A program made the position numbers and the translations under genes. Below are positions 51,401-63,239 of a DNA stretch of 64,000 nucleotides, piece by piece. The number at the start of each line of letters is the position of its first letter. Within the stretch, counting starts at the first letter, position 1. The stretch comes from Utricularia gibba (lineage: Eukaryota; Plantae; Magnoliophyta), in contig NEEC01000013.1 in NCBI GenBank assembly GCA_002189035.1, positions 682,001 through 746,000 on the forward strand, written 5' to 3'. The notes under the pieces were generated by a model. That model saw nothing but the letters and a program-made list of their open reading frames with translations. It was not told the DNA's origin and made no database searches.

Positions 51401-52480
51401 ATTTCAAGATTGCTGAGCGCATAGAAAAAGAAGGGAAAGGTTGCGTGATAGTTGTGAACAAATGGGATACCATCCCCAACAAGAATCAGCAAACTGCCAC
51501 ACACTATGAAGAGGACGTTAGGGACAAGCTCAGGATTCTCAACTGGGCACCAATCGTTTACTCCACAGCAATTCTAGGCCAGAAGGTTGACAAGTAATGC
51601 TCCCACTCAATACACTACTAATTTTGTATGCACAAAAAGGTTGCCAGGCACCTGCCTATTGATGGCTTAATTTAGAATAAGTATAAAGGTTGTGCTCTAT
51701 CTCTTGTTCTCTAGAATTATAGAGGCTGCAAGTATGGTTGACAAAGAAAGATCAAGGAGGCTTTCCACGGCAACACTGAATCAAGTGGTGGGAGAAGCTG
51801 TTGCATTTAAGCCACCTCCAAGAACAAGAGCTGGGAAAAGAGGCCGTGTTTATTATTGCACTCAGGTAGTCATTCCGCTTCTGTGCTCGTTTCACATCCT
51901 CATAGCCCTCAGCCAAATATGTGACCAGGGTGGCCATTCTTGTTAATCTCAAGTAGGCCAGTGCAATGTGTTGCATTGTTTTTAGTTGAGCTCACTCAGT
52001 TTAGTTCAGCAGGGACGGGCACGCAGCTGAAGTCAAAAGCTTCTTCACATTGTGTTTCTGATTGAATATATTGCTCATGAATTCTGTTAATTATTCTGGT
52101 GACTTGCTAATGGAGGTTGTTTCTCAGGCTGCCATCAGGCCACCGACGTTCGTGTTCTTCGTTAACGACTCGAAGCTTTTCACAGAAACATACAGACGAT
52201 ACATGGAGAAGCAGCTAAGATCAAGTGCAGGTTTTGTGGGCACACCCATCCGGCTTCTTTGGCGTAGCAGAAGAAAAGCTGAGAAAGATGGCAGCACGTC
52301 TCAAGGTGCTGTGTGTGAATTCATGCATTCCACTTCGACAGTGACAATTTCCGCATTATTGCATCGTCCTGCCTGTCAAAATAATGGTGTGGTGTGGCTC
52401 TTCACTTTGCAGGAAGGGATGACTCCGCTGCAAAACAAACCAGGTTGCAAGGTGATCGGAAGGTGACATTAGCAGCATGA
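48437..52480 (+). CDS. der: Plastid ribosome-biogenesis double GTPase Der/EngA (EMB2738-like), 12 exons
   Basis: Ser/Arg-rich transit-peptide-like N-terminus; two G1 motifs (GRPNVGKS at ~49220 and ~50757), [24 protein letters not shown], and a KH-like C-terminal domain ([11 protein letters not shown]...[10 protein letters not shown]...GTPIRLLWR). First exon 48437-48791; stop TGA 52478-52480. Confidence 0.95.
50647..50674. repeat. (GTTTTAA)4 heptamer repeat in a Der intron
   Basis: gttttaagttttaagttttaagttttaa. Confidence 0.8.
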
Positions 52481-52659
52481 ACAGATTTTCTGGAGCAGAA
52501 CAGAACAGGGGTGTCTGTACAAGAATCCGAGTTCCTTTGATTTAAAAAACAAAATGATTCTTCAAATTGATTCATCATGTTGGGGAGCCAGAAAAGAATC
52601 CCAAACCCAAAAAATTTGTTCATACAGCAAAAAAAGGTGCATACCATCCAAAAGCATGG

Positions 52660-54343
52660 CTACTGAGTGCTGCTGAACCACGCGAGCCCTGGTGGGTGCT
52701 GTCTGGATTCTACGATAGGGCCAAGATAGACACGCCAAAGATCGAGGATGATCGTCACGAGCATCCCCGCGCCTAAAGCATCCACCGCCACCCTGGACAA
52801 GTCCCACTTCACGCCGGCCTTCTCATCGATTCTGCTCGTTTTTAATCACAGGAAGCAGTGTAAAGCAAAGGAGTATGATGACAAGTGAATATGAGCATCC
52901 TGCAATCCACACCATCCATGCTACGCACGTACAACAGGAAAGCAAGTCTTATTAATTTAGAAAGAAACTGCAGATCAACAGAGGAATGAAGAAAGGTAGG
53001 TAGAACCAACCGGATACCAGCAATCCGAATCTTTAGTACATCCTACCTCAAGAACATCGGGAAGCTGACGATGAAATAGATTGCATAAAACAGGGAACCG
53101 ATTTTGTACATTGCTTCTCTGTTCACAAACTCGTAGTAGGGAAACTGTGGATCACACAAGAAAAAATTTAGAAAGATTAAGAAGCTGTGATGCGTTTTGG
53201 AATGGCTCAATTTCAGATTTGACGAAATATAACGCTTTGAAACAAGTATGATGAATATCGGTAAGAATAAAAGGCAGTCATTGGTGGCTTAATGGCAATC
53301 AGAAATAGAAACTTACATTAGAAACAGCCAAAGTCTCCATATATGCAACAGTGTATGAAAGAGCAAGAATCCAAGCAGCTTTAAAAAGCCATCGGAGATT
53401 CTTAGGCACGTCAACGAGCAAATGCTCGAGCCTACGCAGTGTCATATTTGATACAACATGGTAAAACAGGAAGCACGCATGTGCCAAGAGAAAGGTAGTG
53501 TGTGGAACCTGAAGAGAGACCAGAGTCAAAATTATTGATTTGTAAATGATGAGTGTGCAAAGCGTCATGATGGTCTAACATTATTCATCCTCCATGATGG
53601 AAATGTATAAGAAGCGCCAAGGACGGTGAAGAAATAATGGGTCCAGAAGTAGTTGCCAACATAACTGAAGAGCACGATCCACAGATTCGCCTAGAACCAC
53701 AAGTCAGAGTCTCGATGATAACATGGCCCTGATTCCCAGTAATAAAAAAAATCGCTAACTTAAAAGCAGCAAAGCATACCTTCAAGTTCCTGTCTGCCTG
53801 GAAAAGATTCATAACAAATCAAATGATACTGAGTTTGTTATCATTCTTTTTCCTTTCGATGCGCAATTTTAGCTCAGCAGTATTCCCAAAAGCTTACCTC
53901 ACCAACAAGTACGAGAGGTAAAAACAAGGCAGGAAGTGAGGAAACTAGACCCAATATTAGGTATTCCAACTCCGTGAATTTCTGAAAAGAAATAAATGAA
54001 AAACACCAATCATCCTACATTTTTACATCACAAAAGGGTGGACACTGGTTTAAGATTTCCTAAAAATAAAAATTTGAGCCCCCACAGGGTAGGAAGACTT
54101 GCACTACCTCATAAAGTTTGAATGGAATAACAATGCCAAGGCAAAGAGTAAGCCAAAACGGCGTATACAGAAGAAAAAATATTTCACCCCATCTCTTGCT
54201 AGGGTTATCAGCGAACCAAAGATTCCAAATCGGACGACCCGCTTCAGCTTCTGCAAAATCAAATTCACATTTTACTATCATGCAGCAGTAGTACACACTG
54301 CAGTTTCACGGATCACCCGCCATTCGACGATCTTACCCCCCAT
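52660..54343 (-). CDS. CPI1: Cycloeucalenol cycloisomerase (cyclopropylsterol isomerase), 8 coding exons, exon 4 shortened to 18 nt
   Basis: Exons 54343-54337, 54250-54108, 53981-53898, 53797-53780, 53690-53580, 53508-53317, 53144-53047, 52831-52660. Motifs NPSKRWGEIFFLLYTPFWLTLCLGIV, ANLWIVLFSYVGNYFWTHYFF, VPHTTF, FPYYEFV, WDLSRVAVDALGAGMLVTIILDLWR. Confidence 0.93.
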
Positions 54344-54892
54344 TCCTGAATCTCGCTCGCAGCCCGCAAAGGCACCATCACAAAGGAAAAAATTCGCCAA
54401 AGAATGCGAATTTGCACACTTGCAGCGAACAGCACATGTTTGTCCTACTCCATTGGTTTTCTTCTTCTGGCCATTCCAAGAAAGGCAGTTAAATATTAAG
54501 TAATAATAAAATAAGAACATACGGACAGCGTACCTTGAAGAGAATTTACCCCACAGCCTGCGTTTAACAGATCACAACCCGAAAATGGACGATCATCTCT
54601 GCAACATTTTTTTTTTTTGAAAGCAAATCTGCAAACTAAGAAAAGGAGAGGTGATGGTGGTAGTGGCTCGGCTGGGCTGGTGTCTGGCTAGTCTAGTCAT
54701 TCATTACTCTTCATTATTAATATTTGTTGGTTATTTATTTATTTATGTTATTTGTTCCCTTTGATGACCGCCTCAGAAGACACGCCCATTGTCCGAATCC
54801 TCAAGGAACCCCTCCGGATTCGCTTACCGTCTGCGTTTTTTGCCTTTTTATCTCGACCTCGCCGGCAGCAAATCCAGATCGGAATCAGATCG

Positions 54893-55327
54893 ATGTCTCA
54901 GAAGCGAGAAAAAGAGGAGACGGAGCTCAAGGTGCCGGAGACCGTACCGATGTGCACGCCGCTGCCTCCGATTTCAGCGCCGCCGTCTCAATCACCCCTC
55001 GCCAGGCCGCCGGAGACATCAGATCCGGAAGTCTCCGTCTCTTCTCCGGCGAGAACGAGTTCCGTTCCTTTGAAGGGGGAACCAGATCTGGAGCCTCAGC
55101 CGCGATCGGGTACGAAGAGGCCGAGAGAGGTGAATCGATGTTCCGGATCGGGTTGCCGGAAGCGGATCGGACTTATGGGATTCAGGTGCCGGTGCGGAGA
55201 CGTGTTTTGTTCCCAGCATCGGTATTCAGATCGCCATGACTGCACCTACGATTACAAGGCTGCGGGCCGCGAGGTGATCGCTAGGGAAAATCCCGTGGTC
55301 AGAGCGGCGAAGCTGACCAAGGTTTGA
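54893..55327 (+). CDS. SAP: AN1 zinc-finger stress-associated protein (AN1-only SAP), intronless
   Basis: [16 protein letters not shown] start typical of SAP5-like proteins; C-terminal [64 protein letters not shown]. Confidence 0.92.
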   Translation: MSQKREKEETELKVPETVPMCTPLPPISAPPSQSPLARPPETSDPEVSVSSPARTSSVPLKGEPDLEPQPRSGTKRPREVNRCSGSGCRKRIGLMGFRCRCGDVFCSQHRYSDRHDCTYDYKAAGREVIARENPVVRAAKLTKV

Positions 55328-55600
55328 CAGGCATCGTCGGAGGAGGATCACGGACGGCGTCGGATGCGCGTTGGTTTGGCTTGTTGTAAATCTGGTGGAG
55401 CGTAAGGGTGTTATTGTCATTTTCAGACTACAATTTCACGTCCAAATATTAATTAGCGATAAATTTTCACGTCGAAAAAAAAGCGTACACTCAAAAACAG
55501 TCCCATGGCCTGAATGAAACAAACAGTTACCAAGCAAGTGATTCCACCGTCATTCGTTGAGCATTCGTTGGGGATGCTTACAGGGAGTTCGATGATTTCG

Positions 55601-58600
55601 TCATCGGCTTCGTCTTCTCCGCTTCCTCTTCTCCTGCCTGCCATCATCGCTGTCTGATTCACTTGAAGTTGCCGATGATCCGGAGCCGTCGGAATCGGAA
55701 CCTGAAGTACCATCGGACTCGGATACAGCTGCTGTCTGCTGCTGCATTATGAGCCTTGGCATGTTCTTGAGATACTCCCGAAGGCTCTCGGTGATCCCTC
55801 CAAGACCGATCGAAGTGAAGAAGTTGATAGAGAACCTCGTGTTCTTAGGGTTATCCTTGGGGAAAATGGACTCAAAAGAGTCCTGCATGCTTGGATCGTT
55901 CAGACGCTCGTTGAGCTGCCGGATGCCGAGATGCTCCGACATCTCCTGGAAACCAAATCGATTTCACAATGTGAGATGAGGATCAGAGAGCAAACAAGGA
56001 GGAAAGGGAATTCGCTGGTCACCTGGAAGAGAATCTTTATGAAAATGCGAGAAGAAGAAGTTGTATCTTCTTCAGTCAGCCGTATGTACGACAACACATG
56101 CCATGGCAACTTGTCAGTTCCGAGGAGGTGACCAAAGAACTTGGCGACATTACGCAGTTTGTTGGTCTCCAGACGATGGATCATGGAATACTGCTGGACA
56201 AAGCACGTATCGAAGTTCTCCTGATAGATTTTTTTCTTCATACAGAGAGTGCCTCCAAGGAGGCCGTAGAATCGGAGGTAGGTTCGCTCCTGACTGCAGC
56301 ACTCCAGCAGCATAATGCACAGCTCCATCTGTACAAGCAACAGGCCACATGAAGACCAAGCTTGGGATAAATCATGGGCAAGAATTCATGCAAGTTTATG
56401 CAACACCTACCTCCTGTCCAGGCTCCAGCTTGATGCATAGCAGCTTATGCCCAGCCTCTTCATATGTAGCGCTTGACATGATTGTCAAGTAAATTGTTCT
56501 ACGGAGATTGATTAAATTGGTCTCCGTCTCATCCTTTATTTTCATCTTTTCTTCCTCTTCCTCGGACTCATCTTCCTCCTCCTCGTCTGAGTCGTCCTCT
56601 GCATCTGATGCATCGTTGTCATCAGATTCTTCACCCAGCATTTGCTTCTTTAGTTCTTCATAGTGCTTTTCATTCTCGGTGAACTGAGGATCAGGCTTGA
56701 AAATATCTGAAGGAACAGCATAGAACTTCAGAATTTGCTACTTCAAGCAGCTAAACAATTGCGCAATTCGAACTTTGCAATACCTAAAGCTATTTCAGGG
56801 TCTATCTCATCACTGAGGGAGACTTCATGGGTTAACTGGTCTTCCTCCTCGACTAGATCCAATTCTGGACGAACAGCTGGATGATCCTGCATAGAACCCA
56901 AAAAATAAATAAATAAATAAAAAAGAAATCAACACATGACACCTAACGCATATAAATCCCGTAATAATTTTTCAAATAAATTTCACCTGAAACTTGGCTC
57001 TTCGCAACCCAAAGAGTGACTCAATTAGGAATTGCACACGCATGTCAATTTGTCCTTCGGTGAGAATTCCACGAAACCGATCGAATATAGCTGTTAAGGA
57101 GGGGATTGAAGGGGTTCAGGAGAAAACAGAAATAGAAAATATGACGCAAAGAAGTTTCACAGCAAGTAACTAGATAATATCCCAATGAATGAATTTGTCC
57201 AGTTAAAAGGAAATGCATGCTAGAAGAGAAAAGACGCACCGTTCAACCCTCGAGGAGAGAGATCCTGTAATATGGCTCCGCATTCCGTGATAAAGCCGAC
57301 TGCAACTTCAACACTGTCATCGGTAGCCTTCTCTAGCAGCAAAGCCAACAACTCGAGAGCAATAAGCTCGTGAACTACTTGCTGGTTTACCAGATGTGCA
57401 ATGAATTTAACTGCGGCAAGGAGTTGCGGCTGCAAAAATTTCCCCAAAAGTCATTAGAATATATTTGATATCTACAAATTCTGCAAAACATTGAAATGCA
57501 CACCTTGTCATTGCGCTTGTATGCACGCTGAAACTGCAATATAATCCTCCTCAACAAAAGATCCCCTATTTCTGGGAACTTGGTATTGAGAACAGATACT
57601 AGTGCTGCAAATACATCTGTAAAACCAGGAGAAGCCATCTGAGACTTCATACATGACCGACAGAATAGTCCTCTTCCACGTATGAGATTCTCACCAAACA
57701 GCTCGGGAATAATATTCTTTATGTTGGTTGCATTCACCTTATTCACCAACCCATTAATGCTTTTCCTCAAAGCATCCCAAGTCATTCTCTGGTACTCAAT
57801 GCTACTCTTGTCCTGGATATCCTTCATCATCCTTGCCAACTTGTATGGTGGAATATAGATTCCCCCACTTCTCCCAAGGTTTGCGTCTGGTATGACATTG
57901 CTTTCTGGATTTTTCACTGTGGATAAATCTTTTTCCTTGTCATCTATCTTCAAGTTATTACTCATGCCATTCTCACTTCTCCTAGCATGTATATCACCAT
58001 TATCATCATTTCGTTTATCTTTTTTCCGGCTCTCCCTCTCCCTCTGCCTCTCTCTCCTATCATCCTTCTCATCGTCATACTTACTGTATTTTCCAACCCG
58101 TTCTCTGTACTCTCCCTTTTCAAAATCACCATCATCCCCGTGTCTTTCTCCTTTTCCATCTTTCCGACCATAGTACGTTTTTTGTTTCTCAGCTCTATCT
58201 TGGTGATCCCAGTTGTCAGCATCATCTTCATCCCTTCGCCCTGCCCTGTTATCATCATTGTTGTATCTGTCACCCCGTTCTCTGTTATCCCGCTTTCCAA
58301 CACCATCATCCCTTTTTCTTTCCCTCCTATGATCCTTCCCACCACTGTTCCTCCCTTGCTTGTCAACCCTATCTCTGTCATCCCATTCTTCATTATCATC
58401 CTCATCACTACGTCTTTCTCTCCTATCATCATAATTATATCTGTCACCCCTATCTCTGTTACCTCCCTTTTCAACATCATGTTCATCTTTTCGACTATCT
58501 TTTCTATCATTCACGTCATCATACTTTCGTTTCCCACTCTTATCCCTGTAACTCCCTTTACCAACATCATTGTTATCCCTTGAACCGTCGCGTTTATCAT

Positions 58601-58910
58601 CCTTACTATAATCATGCTTGTACTTGCGACCCTTGTCTCCGAAATCCTCCTCTTCATCATTTCTACCTCTTCTTGCATCCCTTCTATTATCCTTAATATC
58701 ATCATATCTTTTGGATATGCCACTTCTGTCTCTTGAATCCCCTTTTTCAGGCTCATCGTCTCGGTTCCATTCTCTTTTCTTACCTTTGTCCTTTCTAGGA
58801 CTCTCTGATTCTTGGTGCCTTTCACCTTCCAAATCGCTATCCTTATCATGCTCAGAATCATAATATTTTTGCCTGTCGTGACCCGAGCTTGGAATATTAT
58901 GACTTGAACA
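55601..58910 (-). CDS. CWC22: Pre-mRNA splicing factor CWC22 homolog (charged N-terminus, MIF4G, MA3); start codon not resolved
   Basis: [54 protein letters not shown] (exon ending 57504), further GT-AG exons, [58 protein letters not shown]. The frame is open upstream only to an in-frame TAG at 58913-58911. Confidence 0.92.
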
Positions 58911-59938
58911 CTAGTAGTATAGTTTTGAAATACACCACAACTTTTGCAAGAAAAATCCAATTTTAGACAAATATATGACTGTAAATGGCTAATAGAAGCA
59001 TGCTGTGCGACTAAAAACATTGAAAGCGGCATGAGAGAAAAATGATGGAATAGTAATTTCACAATTTAAAATTAAAAAAAAAAACCTATACTTTTAAACT
59101 ACATGAATGACAGGCACAAAGGTCAAGTACATCCTTATAGGAGCAACAAAAAATTCAAACTCTCCAGTACCAGGAACTACTAGTAACCGAAGCTGAATGT
59201 TATACAAAAAGATTATAACTATTTAATGTGAGGAGGCTGGTTGTTTACCGTTTTGTGATTCCTGTACCACCCATTGTCCCAATTGTTTGGCGTGGTTAAG
59301 TAACAATGTACTCCCTCACTTTATCACAGTGCTCCAGCAGTGGAGTTCGGATTTACTGTCTTCAATGGCGCATAATTCAGCAGAAGCGTCCTTTGAGTGT
59401 ATGATATCTCGGAAAATCGTCAATCCCAAACTTAGGAGCCTGAACTTGAAATTGCAAGAGGTTAACATAAAATTTGCAACTTAAAGAACATGTCTTACCA
59501 GAGAAATTTTTGCCTTCCATAAGCCACGGATTCACGCTTCTATATTAACAAATTGGGGAAAAAGGGGTACAGAGAATGCAAATTTCGATTATCAACCAGC
59601 TAACACACATGAGAGACCAAAATCATGCCGAACCAAAACATAAGGTAGTTTCAATCTCAAAAACGCCCCACCAACAAAAAAAAAAAACCCAAGTGAACGC
59701 AAAAACGTTGAGGAAGCGAAATACATATCCGAACTACATAAAAAACCACGGGTGAAAACTCACTGAGCCAGATGCCGAGAATGAGCAACTTCAAAGACAT
59801 GCGAATAAGAAAACACCAAAAATCGCAGCTTTAGAGCAAAATGAAATTAGGCTTTGGTCCGAAATCCAATCATGAAAATTGGGGATTGGCGTTGCCGTTC
59901 GAAAACTGTCGGCCGCAATGCGAATGGTTTTAACCTTT

Positions 59939-60069
59939 AGGCCCAGTAGTTGCTGGGCCTTCATGGCCTGTGAGATCCATTTCAATTTTTTTTTAAATTT
60001 CAAGAATTAAAACCCAACAATATTAAAATATAAAAAAATTACAAATTAGATCTGTTGAGCCCGGCCCAC
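59939..60069. promoter_or_regulatory. Site II (TCP-type) motifs in the CWC22 / Cys-rich gene bidirectional promoter
   Basis: AGGCCCA (59939), TGGGCCT (59954) and GGCCCAC (60063) between two divergent genes. Confidence 0.55.
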
Positions 60070-60722
60070 TCCACCCCGCCCACCTCCTCTTCATTTTACA
60101 ACCCGACCGGAGGGGAGGATTGGGCATACAAAGATTTGGGGAAGCGAGATGTAAGCCTTTTCCTATCACTGAATCGATTGAGTGCAGAAGGGAAAGCGAA
60201 GCGAGAACGAAGAAAAATAAGGATTCCTGACTGTATAGATCGAGTAAGGTGTTTGCAGTCGTGCCTGATTCTTTCTTGGTTCTGTTTTATGAGCATTGTT
60301 GCGTTCAATTCTAATTTTCTCCTGATTGCACCAATTTTTTTTTTCTGCAAATTTGATTGATATAGTCTTTTTCAGTTGTGTGCACACAGCGTATTCGAAT
60401 GCTGCATAGATTGCATTGCGTTTGGCTGTAGAATTCTTCTTTTTGCGTCTTTAGGTTGTAGTTGGGATTCAAAATTTGAACTTGTAGAAAGTGTGACTGC
60501 GAGGATGATGTTTATTTTGAGTTTGCTACCGTGAAGGGACGCATCCTGTGGGTCACTTTGAATGCTATTTCCTAGAGACTGGCTGCGAAGCTTGAGTTCC
60601 TTGTGATGTATATACACTTCTACACTTGTTTCTTCTTAAGATACCCCTGCATATCTGATCCTTGTTTTGCTAGACAGAGCAAGGTGTTAGAAGCAGAGGT
60701 CTTGGTGGGAAAAGCGGTCGAA

Positions 60723-61100
60723 ATGGTGGATTCATGGTTGACAATTCTCGGGGCGGTGGTTCCAGTTCTCATTGCTGGTCAAGCCATCAGGATCAGAGCC
60801 AGTCACGCCGAGGAGCAAAAGCTCAAGGCTGCCAGGGGAAGGGAGAAGAGTTCTGATGACATTTTCGTGTGTGAGAGAGTTTGTACATCCAAGAGGATGC
60901 TGAAGAAGGTGGGAGCATTCTCAAAGGACCCCATCCCAGATACCTGCACCACCGTGTGCGGCGTGTCTGAAATCGATGCTTGTGCGGACGCCTGCGCTCG
61001 CACAGTTTGTGTCAACCAGCATCCGGTCCCCAACTGGAATGATGTCTGCCTCCGGAGGTGCCAAAGTGAATGCCTCAAGCTTCAGGCTTCTCGCACCTAA
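60723..61100 (+). CDS. Conserved small Cys-rich membrane-anchored protein (At5g64816-like, thionin-like annotation)
   Basis: MVDSWLTILGAVVPVLIAGQA hydrophobic N-terminus; ARGREKSSDDIFVCERVCTSKRMLKKVGAFSKDPIPDTC..VCGVSE.DACADACARTVCVNQH.VPNWND.CLRRCQSECL; single coding exon. Confidence 0.88.
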   Translation: MVDSWLTILGAVVPVLIAGQAIRIRASHAEEQKLKAARGREKSSDDIFVCERVCTSKRMLKKVGAFSKDPIPDTCTTVCGVSEIDACADACARTVCVNQHPVPNWNDVCLRRCQSECLKLQASRT

Positions 61101-61460
61101 TCAAACTGTTAAGAGATTTCTAGTTGAATTAGCCTTGAATTGATTTGATGAACTGTTTTGTTTCCATTCACTACCATGTGTTTTCTTTCTTTTTATTATT
61201 CCGACTTGAAATAATAAAGGCACCTACAGGCACTAGCGACATTTTTATTTAACTTTTATTATTATTTTAATTTTCAAATAATTTATCATCAATGTTTCCA
61301 AAGAACATGAGGAACTGTTGACATTCATATAATGTTATCAGGTATATCATCTGTATTTTTTACAATAAAATTACAATGGATTTATTTATAGTACGGATTA
61401 AATTTTTAAATGTATAATAATGATAATAATGGAATGATTAATTTTGGTTAAATTTTCTAT

Positions 61461-61690
61461 ATACATGTGTCAGAGTAAAGAGTTTGATAAAATACCATAA
61501 CTTTTTATTTTATTGGTATTTTACATGGATTATAATTTTTCATTTGTAATCTATCAGAATTTTTTGACTAAATTTGATAAATACATGTAGCAAAGTATAG
61601 AGATTGACAAAATACTGTAAATTTTTATTTTATTGGTATTTTATATGGGTTAAATTTTTCATTTGTAATTTATCGGAATTTTTTGTTCTA
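61461..61690. repeat. Imperfect 120-bp tandem duplication
   Basis: Units at 61461 and 61581 share atacatgt...ttga(t/c)aaaatac...tttttattttattggtatttt...ttttcatttgtaat(c/t)tatc(a/g)gaatttt. Confidence 0.8.
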
Positions 61691-63239
61691 ATTTGTAAAT
61701 TACTTATTTTTTTATTTTTCTTTGTAAAATGACTTAAATGTATAAATTACTTTGTACAATAATGTGAAAATAATTTTAATACCAAAAATTATATATTTTG
61801 TTTTATGAAATTCCTTAATTTTTTTATATTTACATAATACCCTAATTTTTATTTTTCATTTATAAAATACCACATTTTAATTAAATTCTAATTATTATTT
61901 AAATTCCAACTATTATATAATAATAAAAACATACTTTAAATTAATGTTGAATTCATAATTTAATAGAATTACAAAATATCTATTAATTTAATTTTTTTTT
62001 TAAAAATTATCATACTAATTGACTATTTTAACAAGCAGCGCTAAGTACATTTGCAACACCCACCTCTAGGCACTATGAACGTGGTAAGCAACGCTCAGCT
62101 ATGAGTGCTGCATACTTACCATCACCTAGCTATTCATTTTATTAATGTGATTTTTGTATATAAATTTTTTAATTTTAAAATTTACAATTATAAATTTTAA
62201 AATAATATTTTTCAAATATAAGATAAGAAAAAAATTAAATATTACATAATAAAAAAAGTTTAAAAAGATTTAAAATACAAATTAAAAATTATATTATCCA
62301 TTTGGTTTTATATATTTTGTTCTCATCTTCTATGTTAAAAGGCTTCATTAGTATGAATCGTATCACATTTTTTTCAACTTCTCGACTACAAGTGGTGTTA
62401 TCTTTAAGTGGAATTTGACAATCTCATGTAATAGGTATTGTATTTCACTTTTGAGTAATTTTTTTCATTAATTTTTCTTTTGAAATTTCTTTTTTCATTA
62501 AAGTATAATGAGTAAGGTTTTTATCAAAGTGTTCTACAGAGGAAATCTAATTCAAAATGCATCTAGATATGTTGTATACGATAGAGATCCTTTGAAAATC
62601 ATCAAGTTAAATGCACATCTATTCTTAATAAATTTATTGAAATTATAAGTGAGACCCTCCAAATATCATCATTGCATTTTCAATTTACCTTAAATGTAAA
62701 ATTCTATAATGCGGAATCTGGAAATGCGAATTTTACGGAGATTTTAAGTACCGACCTATCACGTTATATTTTATCACCTACCAATTCGGAGTATGTAATT
62801 GAATTGTTTGTCAAAACAAATCTACGATGGGAGGGGACTTCTAGTAATCATGCTCCAAGTGAAATTTAGAGAAATTTTGATATTTTATATCATAAGTTGC
62901 GATATAAAATGACATGAACTTTTTTACAATTATAAATTGGAGGTTCAACTTGAACGAACAAACGAGCGAGAGGTGCAACAATAGCAGTTATCCAATATAA
63001 GACTTGGATGCACCATTTGATCCTTTTTGGGAGCTTTCGTCTCGTTATGGATAGAATTCCATCTTCACATTCTAATGTTTGTTATATTCTCTAATTTCTT
63101 TCTATTTTTTAACATTACTATTTTATATTTAATATTTCGTATTTTAAACTTTTATTTCAAGTGATTATGAATATGTTTCATTTGAGATATATGATAATAG
63201 AGGCCACGTAAATCAAACTTATAAGACCTCAATGGCCTT

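Noticed and set aside
57892-59062. Long alternative-frame and antisense ORFs (182, 183, 198 aa) over CWC22
   Set aside because: Expected from repetitive GAT/GAC/AGA-rich codons that lack stops in other frames.
62110-62125. ATACTTACC resembling the U1 snRNA 5' end
   Set aside because: Only 9 nt match; no U1 stem-loops, Sm site or USE/TATA promoter.
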